Source: Guillardia theta CCMP2712
Taxonomy: Eukaryota; Protista; Cryptophyta
Length of the DNA: 64,000 nucleotides
Direction: 5' to 3'
Assembly (NCBI RefSeq): GCF_000315625.1
Contig: NW_005434652.1
Location: 504,156-568,155 of the forward strand
Made by a program: the position numbers and the translations under genes. Of this stretch, positions 61,721 to 64,000 are shown piece after piece. Within the stretch, counting starts at the first letter, position 1. Every line of letters starts with the position of its first letter. The notes under the pieces were generated by a model that made no database searches, was not told the DNA's origin, and was given only the letters and a program-made list of their open reading frames with translations.

Positions 61721-62485
61721 ATGGAGAATGTGGTGGGCGGGAAGCTCAAACTGAAGAAGCCGCTGGAAGGAGCGATCAAGTAAGAGAGGAGAGAGAGGAG
61801 AGAGAGAGGATGTCAACTGGAAGGAGAGGGAAGTGAGGGACGTGAGGTAAGAGCAAGAGCAAGTTGAGATGAGGGAAGCGGAAGGGAGGCTTGTGGAGGA
61901 TCGAAAGCAGGACGCGATAGGTGAAAGTACAATGAGGGGAGCAGCTGGGATTGATTCTGCTCGAAGTCGCAATGCAACGATGCAAGAGTGAGATAACAAA
62001 GCTTCGTTAGGAGAGAGCTGTTCATTGTGATTGCAGTTGTCCTCATGACAGATCACATACGAGCAGCAGGATTTCTAAGCTCTGTTGTGCAGAAAGAAGA
62101 AGCTGAAGAAGGACACAAAGGCCGGGAATGAAGTCGTGGAGACCAAAGAAAGCAAGAGGTGACTCATTTGTTGCTAGATGGATCGGTAAAGTAGGATGTC
62201 AGTACCAAGCAAGACCTTGACGATGATGGAAGAACGGCATACGAGAGGAAGTGGGACGAACAGGTGGCTGGTGACATTGAGTGAGGGGAGTTGAAACCTT
62301 GCTTCAGCTGCAGAAGTTGGAACAAAGGCGAGCCAAGGAGAACGCTAAGAAGAGTCACAGGTGCGCGACGATACAGCTAGACCTCACTGACTCGTCCTGC
62401 TAGGCAACGGGTCGATGAATTCAATGAAAGGCTCAGCAAGCTCTCGGAGCACAACGACGTTCCCCGTGTTGCAGGAGGCGCTTGA
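61721..62485 (+). CDS. FAM32A: FAM32A-like (DUF1754) spliceosome-associated protein
   Basis: N-terminus VVGGKLKLKK; Lys-rich middle; C-terminus AKKSH|RQRVDEFNERLSKLSEHNDVPRV. Confidence 0.82.
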
Positions 62486-62499
62486 GCCTATTCATCTGG

Positions 62500-64000
62500 T
62501 GATAGATGTAGAAGAATGCATGTTTGGTTCATTCTTGTTCTATGTCGCGATTCTCTACTCGACTCACTCGCTCCTGCAATGCGTTGAGCTCCTCAATGTG
62601 CCTGCAGTTGGACAAGCTGCTGTCAGTCTCTTGCCGCACGCATGTGATGCTCATCACCGGGCGATGATTACGTCCAGGGCATCTGCTTCTCGCAGGAGTT
62701 GGCGAGCTTCTAGTTTCCTGGCGTGAGCATCGGACAGCTCCTTCACTTGCTCATCCTGCAGAAGAAACAAACAAGGTTCAAACCAGCAACTGCATAAACC
62801 TTGAAGCACCTTCCGGTTCTTCAGCAGCATGGCCTCCTCAAGCTCGACACAAGACTTGCAAGCCTGCTTCAATTCTGCCTCTTTGTCTCTCGCCGTCTTC
62901 TCCGCTCGCCCTGCCAAAAGGATCAGACAGAAAGTTCAACCGGCTGGATGTATTACCAGCGCTCCTTAGACCCCAACGAGCTTGGTCTGCAGGAGCCTGG
63001 AACTCTCGCTCGAGGAAGGGAGACGAGTCGACATCGACTTGCGAGAAGTGGTTGGTGTGAACGAGATTATGCCTGTCCTCTTGGTCCAACTGTGTGGCAG
63101 TCGAGCCGTGCATGGTGTAGACGCCAAAGATAGAAGATTTCCGTTGCAGCTGAGCCTCGTGAGGGAAAACTTCTTTCCCCGACAGTCCGCAGCAGTCTTC
63201 TCCACAGCAGTCACATCGATCCGCTGAAAGGGAGTCGCAGCCACAGCACATGCACCTGACGGGCAACCGCTGCATCGGCCTCTGCAATGTCCTCTCGCGG
63301 GTGTCCTGCGACGCAGGCCTCGTCTCGGCCTTCACCTCCATCTCTCGCACTCTCACAGCAGCTCTGTCGGCTTCCGAACGCATCCTCTTGGCACACGCCT
63401 TCAGGTGAGACACGAAGAACCGCAGGTCTGCGACGTTGTTTTTCATTCTCTGCACGCTCAAACCGTCCCTTGCCTCTTCATTTGTCAACTTTTCGACCAT
63501 GGTTGAGTTCACCGCTGGTGTCTCGTGCGGCCTGACGCTACTGAAGACTCCAAAGGTGAAGTTCGTCTTCATCTGCCTGTCTTCCCCACTTCCTTCAAAA
63601 CATTGTCCTTCCCGGAGGTGAGCGCGAACGAGCTGGAGCTCTTGGCGTACCAGCACCTCCCATTCTTCTACTGTCCGTTCAGAAAGCTTGCTTTCAGCCT
63701 TTGCCTCTGCAGACGGATCGGAAGAGAAGTGATGCAGGTGAACAAGGCTGTGAATGTCTGTCTTGGATAGCACAGTGGAGCCGTGCTTGTGCATCGTGTA
63801 AATCTTGGTAATGCCAGAGTGTGAAGATGGCGAAGGGGCAAGGGCCTGGAGATCTGATCCACAAGCGTCACATCGAAGAGAGCTGCTAATGCGTCAATAA
63901 ATGTCCGAACTCCCGTGAATTTTGACCTCATTGTATGACAACCACAAAGGCGACAGATGATCAGCTTGTCCTCCAGTTCTGCAACGTCAGATGGTTGCGA
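62500..64000 (-). CDS. Hypothetical coiled-coil protein with Cys-rich motif (CMCCGC...CDCCG); 5' part outside window
   Basis: 318-aa ORF 62838-63794 plus downstream coiled-coil exons. Confidence 0.45.

Overview
Eukaryotic nuclear DNA: gene-dense, with many short (~40-60 bp) GT-AG introns, some apparent GC-AG introns, purine-rich microsatellites and two N-gaps. Bipartite (signal + transit) plastid presequences, a flagellar gene and the intron style point to an alga with a secondary plastid, most plausibly a cryptophyte such as Guillardia theta (inference). About 18 protein genes and one tRNA-Asp are supported: CFAP70, a Tudor-like protein, an HSF, a multidomain acetyl-CoA carboxylase with a probable plastid presequence, a nucleoplasmin-like+LOTUS protein, an MLO-like channel fused to EF-hands, an intronless GH13/CBM48 glucan enzyme, a 3x cNMP-domain protein with a WNK-like half kinase, a cyanobacterial-type membrane pseudokinase, a plastid SPRY protein, a PDZ+PA protein, mitochondrial bS21 and FAM32A. 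A Ty3/gypsy integrase fragment is also present. The strongest candidate for an undescribed system is the near-intronless gene at ~26.1-30.1 kb (-). It encodes MIB/HERC2-like SH3 + SPRY + beta-helix + DZIP3-type HEPN (intact RxxxxH) + Ser/Thr kinase + SAM, an RNase L/IRE1-like sensor-kinase-ribonuclease architecture suggestive of algal innate immunity. All domain calls come from motif recognition by eye, and exon boundaries are approximate.
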